Positions 38,876-47,645 of a stretch of DNA of 64,000 bases are shown here, piece after piece. The stretch covers positions 62,001 through 126,000 of IMG/VR virus record IMGVR_UViG_3300025536_000010. One strand, written 5' to 3'. The position numbers and the translations under genes were made by a program. The notes under the pieces are model-generated. The model did not search any database. It was given only the letters and a program-made list of their open reading frames with translations, and was not told where the DNA came from. Numbering within the stretch: the stretch's first letter is position 1; each line of letters begins with the position of its first letter.

Positions 38876-38947
38876 AGGGTCGAGCGATCCTTCTTAGCTG
38901 CGGCTAGGATTACACAAGTAGGCTCATGCCTATCAAGGAGCACAGCG

Positions 38948-39271
38948 ATGGCAGCGATTATCTTCACGCACGGGTTCGAGACAGACAAAAAGAAGTTGAA
39001 GAAGCGGTATCCTGCGGTAGACACCGGCGTCCAACAAATCGTTGGACAGTTCGTTCGGAACGAAAAGGTGGACGGTGTCCGCGTGCCCGACGCACCAGGC
39101 TGTTTGAAAGTGCGCGTAAAGAACGACGACAACTCGCGCGGTAAAAGCGCCGGCTACCGCGTGCTGTACAGCACGTTGTCCGGCGGTACAGTGTTGCTGT
39201 TCGCCATTTACGAGAAGACGAAAGAAGACAAGAAAGCGGCGGAAGTCCGGGCGTTGCGTAACCGTCCCTAA
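38948..39271 (+). CDS. RelE/HigB-like toxin-family protein
   Basis: F..DKKKLKKRYP...LKVRVKNDDNSRGKSAGYRVLY...LLFAIYEK, the RelE-family GKSGGYRVIY pattern; AAGGAG SD. Confidence 0.72.
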   Translation: MAAIIFTHGFETDKKKLKKRYPAVDTGVQQIVGQFVRNEKVDGVRVPDAPGCLKVRVKNDDNSRGKSAGYRVLYSTLSGGTVLLFAIYEKTKEDKKAAEVRALRNRP

Positions 39272-39285
39272 CCAGGAGAGACAAC

Positions 39286-39597
39286 ATGGGTTTGCCGAGC
39301 GAGTTAGAGAAGTTCTTGCAGGACAAGTTCCCCGGTTGCGTTGTCAAGCACATCAACAACGTGGAGCCGGGTGATCTCGATCCCGCCGCGCTGGCAGAGT
39401 TGGACCAGCGGCGTCAGGAGATACTGGATCGGGACCGGCAGTCCCTGCGCAATGGCGTGTGCGGGAACTGCGGCGCAAAGTACCCGGGAGAATGGCCGCC
39501 GCCGGACGAAGTCGGCCTAGCCGAGGGTTGGGGCCTCTACACGGACGAGGAGGACGAGCCGGTACTGCTCGTCTGCCCCTGCGACGACGCTGACTAA
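39286..39597 (+). CDS. Hypothetical acidic protein with CxxC / CxC
   Basis: AGGAG SD; CGNCG...CPC. Confidence 0.7.
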   Translation: MGLPSELEKFLQDKFPGCVVKHINNVEPGDLDPAALAELDQRRQEILDRDRQSLRNGVCGNCGAKYPGEWPPPDEVGLAEGWGLYTDEEDEPVLLVCPCDDAD

Positions 39598-39626
39598 ATA
39601 ATGCCCCCTTTTGCGTCAGGATAAGT
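39594..39626 (+). promoter_or_regulatory. Repeated bipartite motif copy 2
   Basis: CTAAATAA-N10-TGCGTCAGGATAAGT. Confidence 0.6.
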
Positions 39627-39667
39627 GAGAGGACTCTCACCTATCCATCTACCGAAAGGGTGCAATC

Positions 39668-39850
39668 ATGGCTCAGCAGACGCAGTTCGTGACGGTCAAG
39701 GAAGAAGTGGCGGCCTTTGAGGCTAACCTGTACGCTCCGGCGTATCAGAGGGGCGGGTTATGGGGTCGGTTGCCGGCCCAGACGTTCCGGCCGATTAACA
39801 GGACGGCGGCCAAGTCCCAGGGACAGGGCAAGTTGCGGAAGGCAAGCTAG
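39668..39850 (+). CDS. Small hypothetical protein
   Basis: ACCGAAAGGG upstream; followed by a terminator. Confidence 0.55.
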   Translation: MAQQTQFVTVKEEVAAFEANLYAPAYQRGGLWGRLPAQTFRPINRTAAKSQGQGKLRKAS

Positions 39851-39856
39851 GTCTAG

Positions 39857-39900
39857 GCAGAAGCGGCCCGGACGGCGGACGTCCGGGCCATTCTGTTTTT
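39857..39900 (+). terminator. Intrinsic terminator
   Basis: GGCCCGGACG-GCGGA-CGTCCGGGCC followed by TTCTGTTTTT. Confidence 0.7.
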
Positions 39901-39917
39901 ACCCGGGAGGGCCGAAC

Positions 39918-40085
39918 GTGGACGACTTGAAAATTGTCAAAGAAGAGGACAAACTCGTCGAGGAGGCGCTGGCGACAACCGACTTCGCGGCGGTGGTCCG
40001 CGAGAAAGACCAGGGCGAAGAGGATACGAAGGAGTACCACAAAGCCCGCGGTCGCAAACGGGACCGGCTCGTCCAGGCCGGCTAA
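39918..40085 (+). CDS. Small charged hypothetical protein
   Basis: GTG start after GGGAGG. Confidence 0.55.
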   Translation: MDDLKIVKEEDKLVEEALATTDFAAVVREKDQGEEDTKEYHKARGRKRDRLVQAG

Positions 40086-40143
40086 TCTAAAAAATGGTTT
40101 TGAACGGAGGCTAGCCTCGCACATGCGAAAGGAGAACGAAGGA

Positions 40144-40296
40144 ATGTCGAAGGATACCGTGCAGGACATCCTGATCGTCACACGAGGCGACAACATCGCC
40201 GTCGACGTCGACCACGGGCCGGGGGTCAACACAGGCACCAGGAGGGTGACCGACCCCTACGCCCACATGTGGATCGACGAAGGGGGTGAGGGGTAG
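40144..40296 (+). CDS. Small hypothetical protein
   Basis: ATG after GAAAGGAG...GAAGG; ends WIDEGGEG. Confidence 0.5.
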   Translation: MSKDTVQDILIVTRGDNIAVDVDHGPGVNTGTRRVTDPYAHMWIDEGGEG

Positions 40297-40315
40297 CGAA
40301 CCGAGGCAACACAAC

Positions 40316-40344
40316 AGGGGCACGCCGCATGGCGTGCCCTTTTT
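40316..40344 (+). terminator. Intrinsic terminator
   Basis: GGGCACGCC-GCAT-GGCGTGCCC followed by TTTTT. Confidence 0.75.
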
Positions 40345-40371
40345 CGTTTACCACACCGAAAGGAATGCACC

Positions 40372-40755
40372 ATGTTCAATTTCTACTGCACGCCGCGTGC
40401 GTTCGACAACGGCACGCTCTACATCACCACCGACTTCCGGCCGCACCGTGTCTACGCCGTGTGGCTCAAAATGGGCCATGTCGAAGACCGCGTCGGCACC
40501 CACGGGTCCATGTGGGGCCGGTTGGAAGACGGCAGCCAGGCTACCCTGATCTTCCGGGCCGTCGAGTGCTGCACGGACGCCGAGTTGGCCGTCAGTGAAT
40601 GCGTCGTCACTGGTAGGAGTGTTTGCCAGCTGGTGCGCCGGTTCGAGCGCTACGCCCAGAAGCACAAGGGCATTCGCGTGCGTCTCTACGCGGAGGGCAA
40701 CAACCTGGCGATCAAGAGCGGCCGGTACAACCTGCCCAAGCGCGCCGCCGTCTAG
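40372..40755 (+). CDS. Hypothetical protein
   Basis: ACCGAAAGGA SD; 127 aa. Confidence 0.7.
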   Translation: MFNFYCTPRAFDNGTLYITTDFRPHRVYAVWLKMGHVEDRVGTHGSMWGRLEDGSQATLIFRAVECCTDAELAVSECVVTGRSVCQLVRRFERYAQKHKGIRVRLYAEGNNLAIKSGRYNLPKRAAV

Positions 40756-40771
40756 TAACAAAGTGTGTTCC

Positions 40772-40798
40772 GAGCGGGCTTTGCCAGCCCGCTCTTTT
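40772..40798 (+). terminator. Intrinsic terminator
   Basis: GAGCGGGCT-TTGCC-AGCCCGCTC followed by TTTT. Confidence 0.75.
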
Positions 40799-40825
40799 CG
40801 TTTTAACCGTGAAAGGAGTTTTATC

Positions 40826-41959
40826 ATGGTGACGGCTCAGACCACTGGGAACGGTATCATCGACGGCAACAACCTGCAACAGGCTCTCACGACTGCCGGG
40901 TTGCGCGCAATCATCGGATTCACGGCGGCGCTGACAGCGCTGCTGCCAAAGATGCGGGCGAACCACTACTGGGTCGCGGACGTGTTCGCGGAGAGCATTC
41001 TCCAGTTCAAGTACGGCGTGGCCTTCACGCTGCAAAAGGCGATCAAGCTGAGCCAGATCGACCTGGCGGCGAGTATGTTCAACGGCGCGCGTCTGGACAT
41101 GCGCCTGGACGGGCTCAGGTCGCTGCGCATTGCAGAGTCGTTCGCGGCGTACAAGCACGGCATGAAGCCGATCATCCTGTGGAAGCGTCCCGACGGTCGC
41201 TACATTGTTCTGGAAGGCAATCACATTCTGTGCGCTTGCCGGGCGATGGGGATCGAGACACTGTGGGCCTACGTCATCGAGTGCGACGAAGCGACCGCAG
41301 GGCTTATCACGCGCAGCTGGAACACCGTGCAAGGGTTCGGCCAAAAAGAAGAGGACAGCTACACCCTGGCGGTGGATGAACTGACCTCGCGCGGCGAAGC
41401 CGCCGTCGTGCTCCAGACGATCAAGGACGTCGCTAAGATTTGGGGCCTGCGGTGGAAGCGGCTCCAGGAGCGCTACCGTCAGCGCCTGTTCCTCAATCAC
41501 ATGTTCAAGGCCAAAATCGACGGGGGGTTGGGCTTGAAGCCGCACGGGCACACGGACTGTTTCAGCGAGCGGACGATTGAGGCCATCATGGGCCTCAACG
41601 ACGCCGAGAAACAGCGTGAACTGTCCGAAGCTATCATGAACCACGGATTCTCGTGGGGTGTGGTCAGCAACATCGTCGCTACCAGCACGGAAGGCATGGC
41701 AGCGTTTAAGGCAGCCATCGTCACATGGACAAACGCGACGTCGGGTACGTCGCTTGATGGTACGGTGGTGCGTGTTCGGCTCACCGAACAACAGCGGATC
41801 AAGAAAGCGATTGATTCGTTTGCAAAGAGCCTCGACAGCATGCCCGACGATCTGGCCAAGGCATGCACCGCCAGCGTTGTCATGTCTCTGCGCCCGAAAC
41901 TCGACAAAATCTTGCAGCGCTGCCCGGTCATTCGGGAGGCTACCTATGGCAAGTATTGA
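40826..41959 (+). CDS. ParB/Sulfiredoxin-like N-terminal domain protein
   Basis: PIILWKRPDGRYIVLEGNHILCACRAMGIETLWAYVI resembles ParB box II; ATG 40826 after GAAAGGAG. Confidence 0.62.
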   Translation: MVTAQTTGNGIIDGNNLQQALTTAGLRAIIGFTAALTALLPKMRANHYWVADVFAESILQFKYGVAFTLQKAIKLSQIDLAASMFNGARLDMRLDGLRSLRIAESFAAYKHGMKPIILWKRPDGRYIVLEGNHILCACRAMGIETLWAYVIECDEATAGLITRSWNTVQGFGQKEEDSYTLAVDELTSRGEAAVVLQTIKDVAKIWGLRWKRLQERYRQRLFLNHMFKAKIDGGLGLKPHGHTDCFSERTIEAIMGLNDAEKQRELSEAIMNHGFSWGVVSNIVATSTEGMAAFKAAIVTWTNATSGTSLDGTVVRVRLTEQQRIKKAIDSFAKSLDSMPDDLAKACTASVVMSLRPKLDKILQRCPVIREATYGKY

Positions 41960-42284
41960 CACCGACTACGTCCGCCGGAAATTCGGCGACGGGCACTGGC
42001 GAACGTTCGACGAGATGGCAGCGGCGGCGGCAACGGACGTGCCCGCTGCCGAGGCCATTCGCGTCTGCCTATCGAAGGGGCGGGGGTACGCAAAGAAGAC
42101 GCGCGAAGATCAGTACCGCCTCGGCGTCCGTGCAATGGTCTGCCGCGTTTTCGGACAACTCCAGCGAGACGGCTGGACCGACAGCCGAGCGCGCGACGCG
42201 ACAGACGAACAAGAGTACCGCATCCTGACTGAAACTGAACGGAAACCGACGACGCGCGATCGTTGGACAAAGGCCGGCGACTGA
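41946..42284 (+). CDS. Hypothetical protein
   Basis: ATG 41946 after GGGAGG, overlapping the ParB-like stop. Confidence 0.6.
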   Translation: MASIDTDYVRRKFGDGHWRTFDEMAAAAATDVPAAEAIRVCLSKGRGYAKKTREDQYRLGVRAMVCRVFGQLQRDGWTDSRARDATDEQEYRILTETERKPTTRDRWTKAGD

Positions 42285-42335
42285 GCCAGCCTTGACGTCG
42301 AGAACCGAAAGACCCATGCTACCCTTATAGGGAGT

Positions 42336-43244
42336 ATGGGCCTTTTTCTTACCTATCAGCCAGGGACGGCGATGGAAACCAACTGCCAGGTCTGCCCTCC
42401 CCAATGCGCGTCGGTCTTCGACCGCGTTGTGGTTAGCCACCTGATCCGCGGCCAGACCCGCGTCATGTGGGAACTGCTCGACACTTTCACAGACCCAGGC
42501 CCGCTCACCTTCCAGCTGCAAGTTGGCACCACGAACAACTCGGACGCAGACGACTGGGAAGACGTCGGCCTGCCTGTGGTCGATCAGTATTTCGCGTTCG
42601 ACCCGGACCAGCGCGTTTGGGGCAAAACGAACTGGACGCACTACCGCGTCGCGCTGACGACGAGTCTGGGCACCTACACCAGCGCACCAACTGGCGGCAT
42701 GGGCATCTTGCCGCGCCGCTGGTGGCGGCTAGCCCGCAACGTCGTCCGACAGCGACTGGTGGAGTTCAACAAAGGCCCTGGCGGCCAGGAAGGCTACCTG
42801 CTCAAACGGCGCTGGACCGGCGAGAACTGCCCCACTTGCCTCGACTACCAGACCAGAGAAAGTCGCAACCCGGACTGCCCCGACTGCTACGGCACCGGCA
42901 AGAAGTGCGGCTACTTCTACCCGATGGCCTGCGTCTGGGCTGAGTTGTCTCCCAAGGCCCACCACACCGACCTGGACGCCGGCCAGGGCCGCGCCACGGT
43001 CAACGACATCATCGTCAGCGCCAAAATGGCGGCTACCTACCTGATGTCCGAAGGAGACGTTTGGGTCGCCAAGGAATCGGACGACCGTTACTACGTTCAC
43101 GAGGTCCAGCACACCAGCGAGATGAAAGGCGTGCCGTTGGTGGCCGAGGTGAAAATGCGGCCGGTGCCGTTCACGTCAGCTGTCTACAGCATTGCGATCC
43201 CTCAGCAAGACGAGGCCAAAGACACGCCCGAGGAGGACGACTGA
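42336..43244 (+). CDS. Putative neck / head-closure protein with Cys cluster
   Basis: LLKRRWTGENCPTC...DCPDCYGTG; first gene of the tail module; start may instead be 42372. Confidence 0.55.
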   Translation: MGLFLTYQPGTAMETNCQVCPPQCASVFDRVVVSHLIRGQTRVMWELLDTFTDPGPLTFQLQVGTTNNSDADDWEDVGLPVVDQYFAFDPDQRVWGKTNWTHYRVALTTSLGTYTSAPTGGMGILPRRWWRLARNVVRQRLVEFNKGPGGQEGYLLKRRWTGENCPTCLDYQTRESRNPDCPDCYGTGKKCGYFYPMACVWAELSPKAHHTDLDAGQGRATVNDIIVSAKMAATYLMSEGDVWVAKESDDRYYVHEVQHTSEMKGVPLVAEVKMRPVPFTSAVYSIAIPQQDEAKDTPEEDD

Positions 43245-43573
43245 TGCCGCACACGCCACGACGGTTCGCCTCGACCACGGGTATCTCGCCCGAACTGCTC
43301 CAGCGCCCGGTAGATCACCACCCGCCCATTCCGATCCGCCGCGGCGAGAAGCGCAGCGAGGAACCACAAACACCACAAGGAAAGCGTCGCCGACTCGGAC
43401 TGGGCAAGCTCAACATGCACACCTACGAGCCGGACCCGGTGCAACTTTTGAAAACCTTGTTCGGAAAGGAGCCGACGACCAATGGTTACACCGGCCAACT
43501 GGTGCTTGCCAACAACGCCAGTTTCACAGCCAGACCCGGGACGCAAAACCCTGGTGCCGATAAGCCCAAGTAG
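43244..43573 (+). CDS. Possible small hypothetical protein
   Basis: ATG overlaps the upstream TGA; overlaps the next ORF by about 90 nt. Confidence 0.35.
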   Translation: MPHTPRRFASTTGISPELLQRPVDHHPPIPIRRGEKRSEEPQTPQGKRRRLGLGKLNMHTYEPDPVQLLKTLFGKEPTTNGYTGQLVLANNASFTARPGTQNPGADKPK

Positions 43574-44180
43574 CCTGTGCATGATGGGCTGGCGCCCCAT
43601 CATGATTACCGGCCTCCTCCGCGACCTGATGACGCGGAAGTTCAACGGCGAACCGAATAACATCGAGGAGCCAGACCTCAAACACCTGGTCTGGCGTGAG
43701 GATGAACGGACTGGTATCCTAATAGAGAGCATTCACCGTTGGCGCGGGGATCTGGTCGAGAAGCGACCCGCGATTATCGTGAAGCTCAACGCCCGACAAA
43801 ACGTCCGCATGGGTATCGCGGACCTCGTCGGGCCAACCGAACAAGGCAACATGCGCTACTGCACATTCTGGGTGGGTAGCCACACCTTGTTCTGCATCCA
43901 CGGATCGGGTGCGAGTGTGGAAATCCTGGCGACGGAGGTGCAACGCCACCTCACGGGTTTCGGCCCGGTCGTTCGCCAGTACCTGCGCCTGCCCCAGTGG
44001 CAGGTGACAGAAGTCGGCGCCGTCTCTGAGATCGAGGAGGCTCGGGAGTCCTTTGTCATCCCCATCACCGTAGGCTGGGCCTACGATGAACAGTGGGAAC
44101 TGGGGCTGGAGTCGCTCAAGCTCAGAAAGGTGCCTTTGAGTGTCCTGTTGGACGGGGCGCTCGTTCAGGAAACGAAGTGA
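43482..44180 (+). CDS. Putative tail completion / terminator protein
   Basis: Immediately upstream of the sheath; RPAIIV...IPITV.W pattern. Confidence 0.5.
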   Translation: MVTPANWCLPTTPVSQPDPGRKTLVPISPSSLCMMGWRPIMITGLLRDLMTRKFNGEPNNIEEPDLKHLVWREDERTGILIESIHRWRGDLVEKRPAIIVKLNARQNVRMGIADLVGPTEQGNMRYCTFWVGSHTLFCIHGSGASVEILATEVQRHLTGFGPVVRQYLRLPQWQVTEVGAVSEIEEARESFVIPITVGWAYDEQWELGLESLKLRKVPLSVLLDGALVQETK

Positions 44181-44211
44181 CCACACTCTTTACGCACGGA
44201 GGCATGCCAGG

Positions 44212-47067
44212 ATGGCTACTTACGTTCTGCCGCAAGTTCTGGTGTTCCAGGACTTCCGCATTGTCCCTTCCGCTGTTGCCAACCCCCTGCGGGCGCACAT
44301 CTCCGGCGGCCACGCGAAGCTGATTCGCTATGCCGATGAAGACGAGCGCGAAGACGGGCGGCTTGGCGTCTACGACCGCTTGCTGGCAACCAGCTACCTC
44401 TGGCCCGAACGGCCGGCGGGCGGCAAAGCCAACTTCGAGTACGTCAAGCTCTGGATGAAGGACGCGCTGCTCCTGTACTTCCAGGACACCATCGGTGCCG
44501 GTTCCACCATCACCAAGCTGACCGGCTACAACAACCGCGTGAAGTCGGCCTCCGTGAGCTTCGCCGAGAACGCGGACGATCCCGATACCTACCCGCGCAA
44601 CGCCGCCTTGCTGGACCGCGACGTCAAGGCCGGCGATGTAGTCAAGGTCCGCGGCATCACCGACGACGACGAGTCGGTAACCCTCTGGACCTACGTCAAG
44701 AGCGTCATCGGCGAGGAAGTCGCCTCGACCATCGCGTCGGCGACCAGCGACGCCAGCAACGCCGACACGCAGTCGGCGGACAGCAGCGTCACGCAGATCG
44801 CCGGTGTCGAAAACTGCGTCACGTTGACCCCGGATCATTCGGCCTACGACGGCCTGGAGTCCGGCGACATCAACGAAACCTATGACATCATCGTCATCCA
44901 GGGCTCGGTGAACGGCGACTTCACCACGGCCAAGCTGCGCATCCTGTCCGGCTCTGGCGACGACGACGTCGCCGAAGTCACCCCGGAGGCAGCCGGCGAC
45001 CCCACCGACATCGGCACCCGCGGCCTCACCGTGACCTTCGACAAGGACGCCGGCCCGGCTTGCTCCGACTCTGCGGAAGCCGAAGAAGTCACGGCGGACG
45101 ACCTGCACGTCGGGCAGCGTTGGCAGGTGAGCGTTTCGCAGTCGTTCACGGCCCCCACGCCGACCAGCGGCGGCGATTACGAGGGTGACAACGACACGAC
45201 CTACATCGTCACGGTGTCGCGCGGCGGACTGTACGCGGCCGACGTGCCGCCGCAGATCAAGGTGACCACGACCAACGGCGTCGACATGAGCGGCCCGACC
45301 AGCATCACGGCTGCGTCGACCGAGTTCGAGATCGGCACCAACGCCGTGACCATCGAGTTCACCGGCACCGGCCTGCGCACGGGCGACCGTTACTACGTCG
45401 ACGTGACCGGCATCAAGGAAGGGCCGATGCGGATCATCGAGTTGGGGCACAACCTCAACACCGACATTCCGGCCGGCAGCGAAGTCGACCTGACGCTGTT
45501 CATCCGCAAGCCGCTCCTCCAGATCGAGCAGAACCGCCAGGGTTTTGCCCCGCTGACCAACTGGGACGTCAGCGAGACGGAGATCACCGTCAACGAAGGC
45601 ATCATCGCTTACGACGAGACGTGGACCGACTCGGGCGTGCAGCAGGCGCTGGACGTCTACTCGGAGTCGTCCAAGAGCTACGGCGTCCTCTTCGTCGAGG
45701 TGCGCTACTGGCTCCAGGATCTCTGTCACGAGGTCGGCACGCTCCAGGACGTGGGCCTCATCAACGACCAGATCTCCGGTGCCCTGCACCCGGACAACCC
45801 TTTGAAGTGGGGTGTGTTCAAGGCGCTGGAGAACAGCAACGGCGCGGAGGTGAAGTACACCTCTGTCTGCGACCCCGACGATGACGAGTCGTGGGCGGAC
45901 GTGCTGGAACTGCTGCTCGGGCGTGACGACGTCTACGGCCTCGTGCCGCTGACCCGCCGCCGCGTGCCGCTCGACCTGTACGCCGCGCACGTCAAGGCGA
46001 TGTCCAGCCCCGAGCAGGGCCTGTGGCGCGTCCTGTGGGTCAACCAGGAAGGCATCCCGGAGATCCCGGTGGTGTCGGCCGGTTCGACCGTCCAGGGACA
46101 CGTCGAGGCCACCACCTCGGACGGCGAACACGCCCTGGGTGTCGTCAGCGATGATGCGTTGACCTCGGGCAGCCAGTACACCATTCTGCGCTGCACCAGC
46201 GGCAACGCGGACTTCATCGCCAACGGCGTGCAGGCCGGCGACGTCGTGCGGATGCTCTACACCGGCGACGGCTTCGGCAACGAAGAGTACAGCGAATACC
46301 TGGTGGACGAGGTGCAGGCCGAAGACCAGCTGCGGTTGCTAACCGGCCCCGACGCGCCGATCAGCGTGGCTGCCAAGTTCGAGGTTTGGCGGAACTTGAC
46401 GGCGACCGAAGAGGCCGACGAGATCGCACGCAACTCCGGGGCCTGGGGCGACCGGCGCATCCGGTCCACCTGGCCCGACCGGATCGAGTCGGCCGGCACG
46501 GTGATGGAAGGCTACTTCCTCAACGCCGCGCTCGCCGGGCTGCGTTCCGGCGTGCTGCCACACCAAGGTATGACGCACCTGGAGATCGTCGGCTTCACGG
46601 ACGTTCCGCGGTCGACCAGCAAGTTCAACCGGGCGCAGCTGGACACCCTGGCCCTGGGCGGCACCTGGGTCGTCACGCAGGATCTGCGCGGGCTGGAAAC
46701 GGACCTCGGCCAGATCTTCTCCCGGCACGCGCTGACGACGGGCGGCTACAGCGACATCAACCAGCGGGAAGAAATGCTGACGGCAAACGTCGACAGCATC
46801 AGCTACCGCTTCAAAGACCACTTCAAGCCCTTCATCGGCGTGACGAACGTCACGCCGGTCATCCAGAAGCGGTTGCAAGTGGAAGTGGAAAACCTGGTCG
46901 AGGTGCTCAAGACGGAAGCGGAAACGCAAAACTTGGGCGGCCAGCTGATCTCGGGCACCATCGTCGAGCTTCGTCCGCACCTGACGCTGCTCGACCGCTA
47001 CGTTCTCAAAATGAACATCGTGGTGCCCTATCCGTTCAACAACTTCGAGATCCACCTGATGATCTAA
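44212..47067 (+). CDS. Contractile tail sheath protein
   Basis: Starts MATYVLPQVLVFQDF; sheath-type C-terminus NVDSISY...FIG..N...VPYPFNNFEIHL; followed by the tube gene. Confidence 0.8.
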   Translation: MATYVLPQVLVFQDFRIVPSAVANPLRAHISGGHAKLIRYADEDEREDGRLGVYDRLLATSYLWPERPAGGKANFEYVKLWMKDALLLYFQDTIGAGSTITKLTGYNNRVKSASVSFAENADDPDTYPRNAALLDRDVKAGDVVKVRGITDDDESVTLWTYVKSVIGEEVASTIASATSDASNADTQSADSSVTQIAGVENCVTLTPDHSAYDGLESGDINETYDIIVIQGSVNGDFTTAKLRILSGSGDDDVAEVTPEAAGDPTDIGTRGLTVTFDKDAGPACSDSAEAEEVTADDLHVGQRWQVSVSQSFTAPTPTSGGDYEGDNDTTYIVTVSRGGLYAADVPPQIKVTTTNGVDMSGPTSITAASTEFEIGTNAVTIEFTGTGLRTGDRYYVDVTGIKEGPMRIIELGHNLNTDIPAGSEVDLTLFIRKPLLQIEQNRQGFAPLTNWDVSETEITVNEGIIAYDETWTDSGVQQALDVYSESSKSYGVLFVEVRYWLQDLCHEVGTLQDVGLINDQISGALHPDNPLKWGVFKALENSNGAEVKYTSVCDPDDDESWADVLELLLGRDDVYGLVPLTRRRVPLDLYAAHVKAMSSPEQGLWRVLWVNQEGIPEIPVVSAGSTVQGHVEATTSDGEHALGVVSDDALTSGSQYTILRCTSGNADFIANGVQAGDVVRMLYTGDGFGNEEYSEYLVDEVQAEDQLRLLTGPDAPISVAAKFEVWRNLTATEEADEIARNSGAWGDRRIRSTWPDRIESAGTVMEGYFLNAALAGLRSGVLPHQGMTHLEIVGFTDVPRSTSKFNRAQLDTLALGGTWVVTQDLRGLETDLGQIFSRHALTTGGYSDINQREEMLTANVDSISYRFKDHFKPFIGVTNVTPVIQKRLQVEVENLVEVLKTEAETQNLGGQLISGTIVELRPHLTLLDRYVLKMNIVVPYPFNNFEIHLMI

Positions 47068-47186
47068 GCATCAGGTAGCGAAGCACCAGCCCCGGGGCCT
47101 GGACGGCCCCGGGGTGTCTCAATCCTAACAAGGAAGCCGCTGCGGGCCTGGTAAACCGCGGCTAAACCGCACGGAGGTTTCTCGAA

Positions 47187-47645
47187 ATGGCAGACGTGTA
47201 TACGAAAGCCGAAGTCGATTTCGGCGGGGCCATGACGGCCGAAAAGGGCATCGTCGTGCAGTTCGGTGTGCTGCTCCAGAACATCCAGCTGCAATACAGT
47301 CAGAACGTGACCCGGCTCTACGAGTTGGGCAAGGCCGGCGGGAAGACGAAGGTCTACTACGTCTCCGGCCGGTCGCAGGGACAGGCCACGCTCGCGCACG
47401 TCATCGGGCCGGGCGATCAGGTCAAGCAGTTCTACGAAAAGTACGGTGACGTTTGTCAAGCCGACGTCAACTCGCTCGATCTGGACGTCGAGCCGAACAC
47501 CTGCGCCGCGAAGGGCGGCCCTTCCATCAAGTCGTGGAAGTGCAAGTATTGCGTCCTCATCAACGTCGGCATGTCCGTGGCCGCGCAGGACTTCGTCATC
47601 AACACGCAGGGTACGGTCATGTTCTCCGGCCTGGAAGTCAACTAA
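47187..47645 (+). CDS. Tail tube protein
   Basis: 152 aa after the sheath; QNIQLQYSQNVTRLYELG...YYVSGR. Confidence 0.75.
   Translation: MADVYTKAEVDFGGAMTAEKGIVVQFGVLLQNIQLQYSQNVTRLYELGKAGGKTKVYYVSGRSQGQATLAHVIGPGDQVKQFYEKYGDVCQADVNSLDLDVEPNTCAAKGGPSIKSWKCKYCVLINVGMSVAAQDFVINTQGTVMFSGLEVN

Noticed and set aside
42292-42320. TTGACG-N17-CATGCT sigma70-like promoter before the tail module
   Set aside because: The -10 box is weak; not enough support to list as a feature
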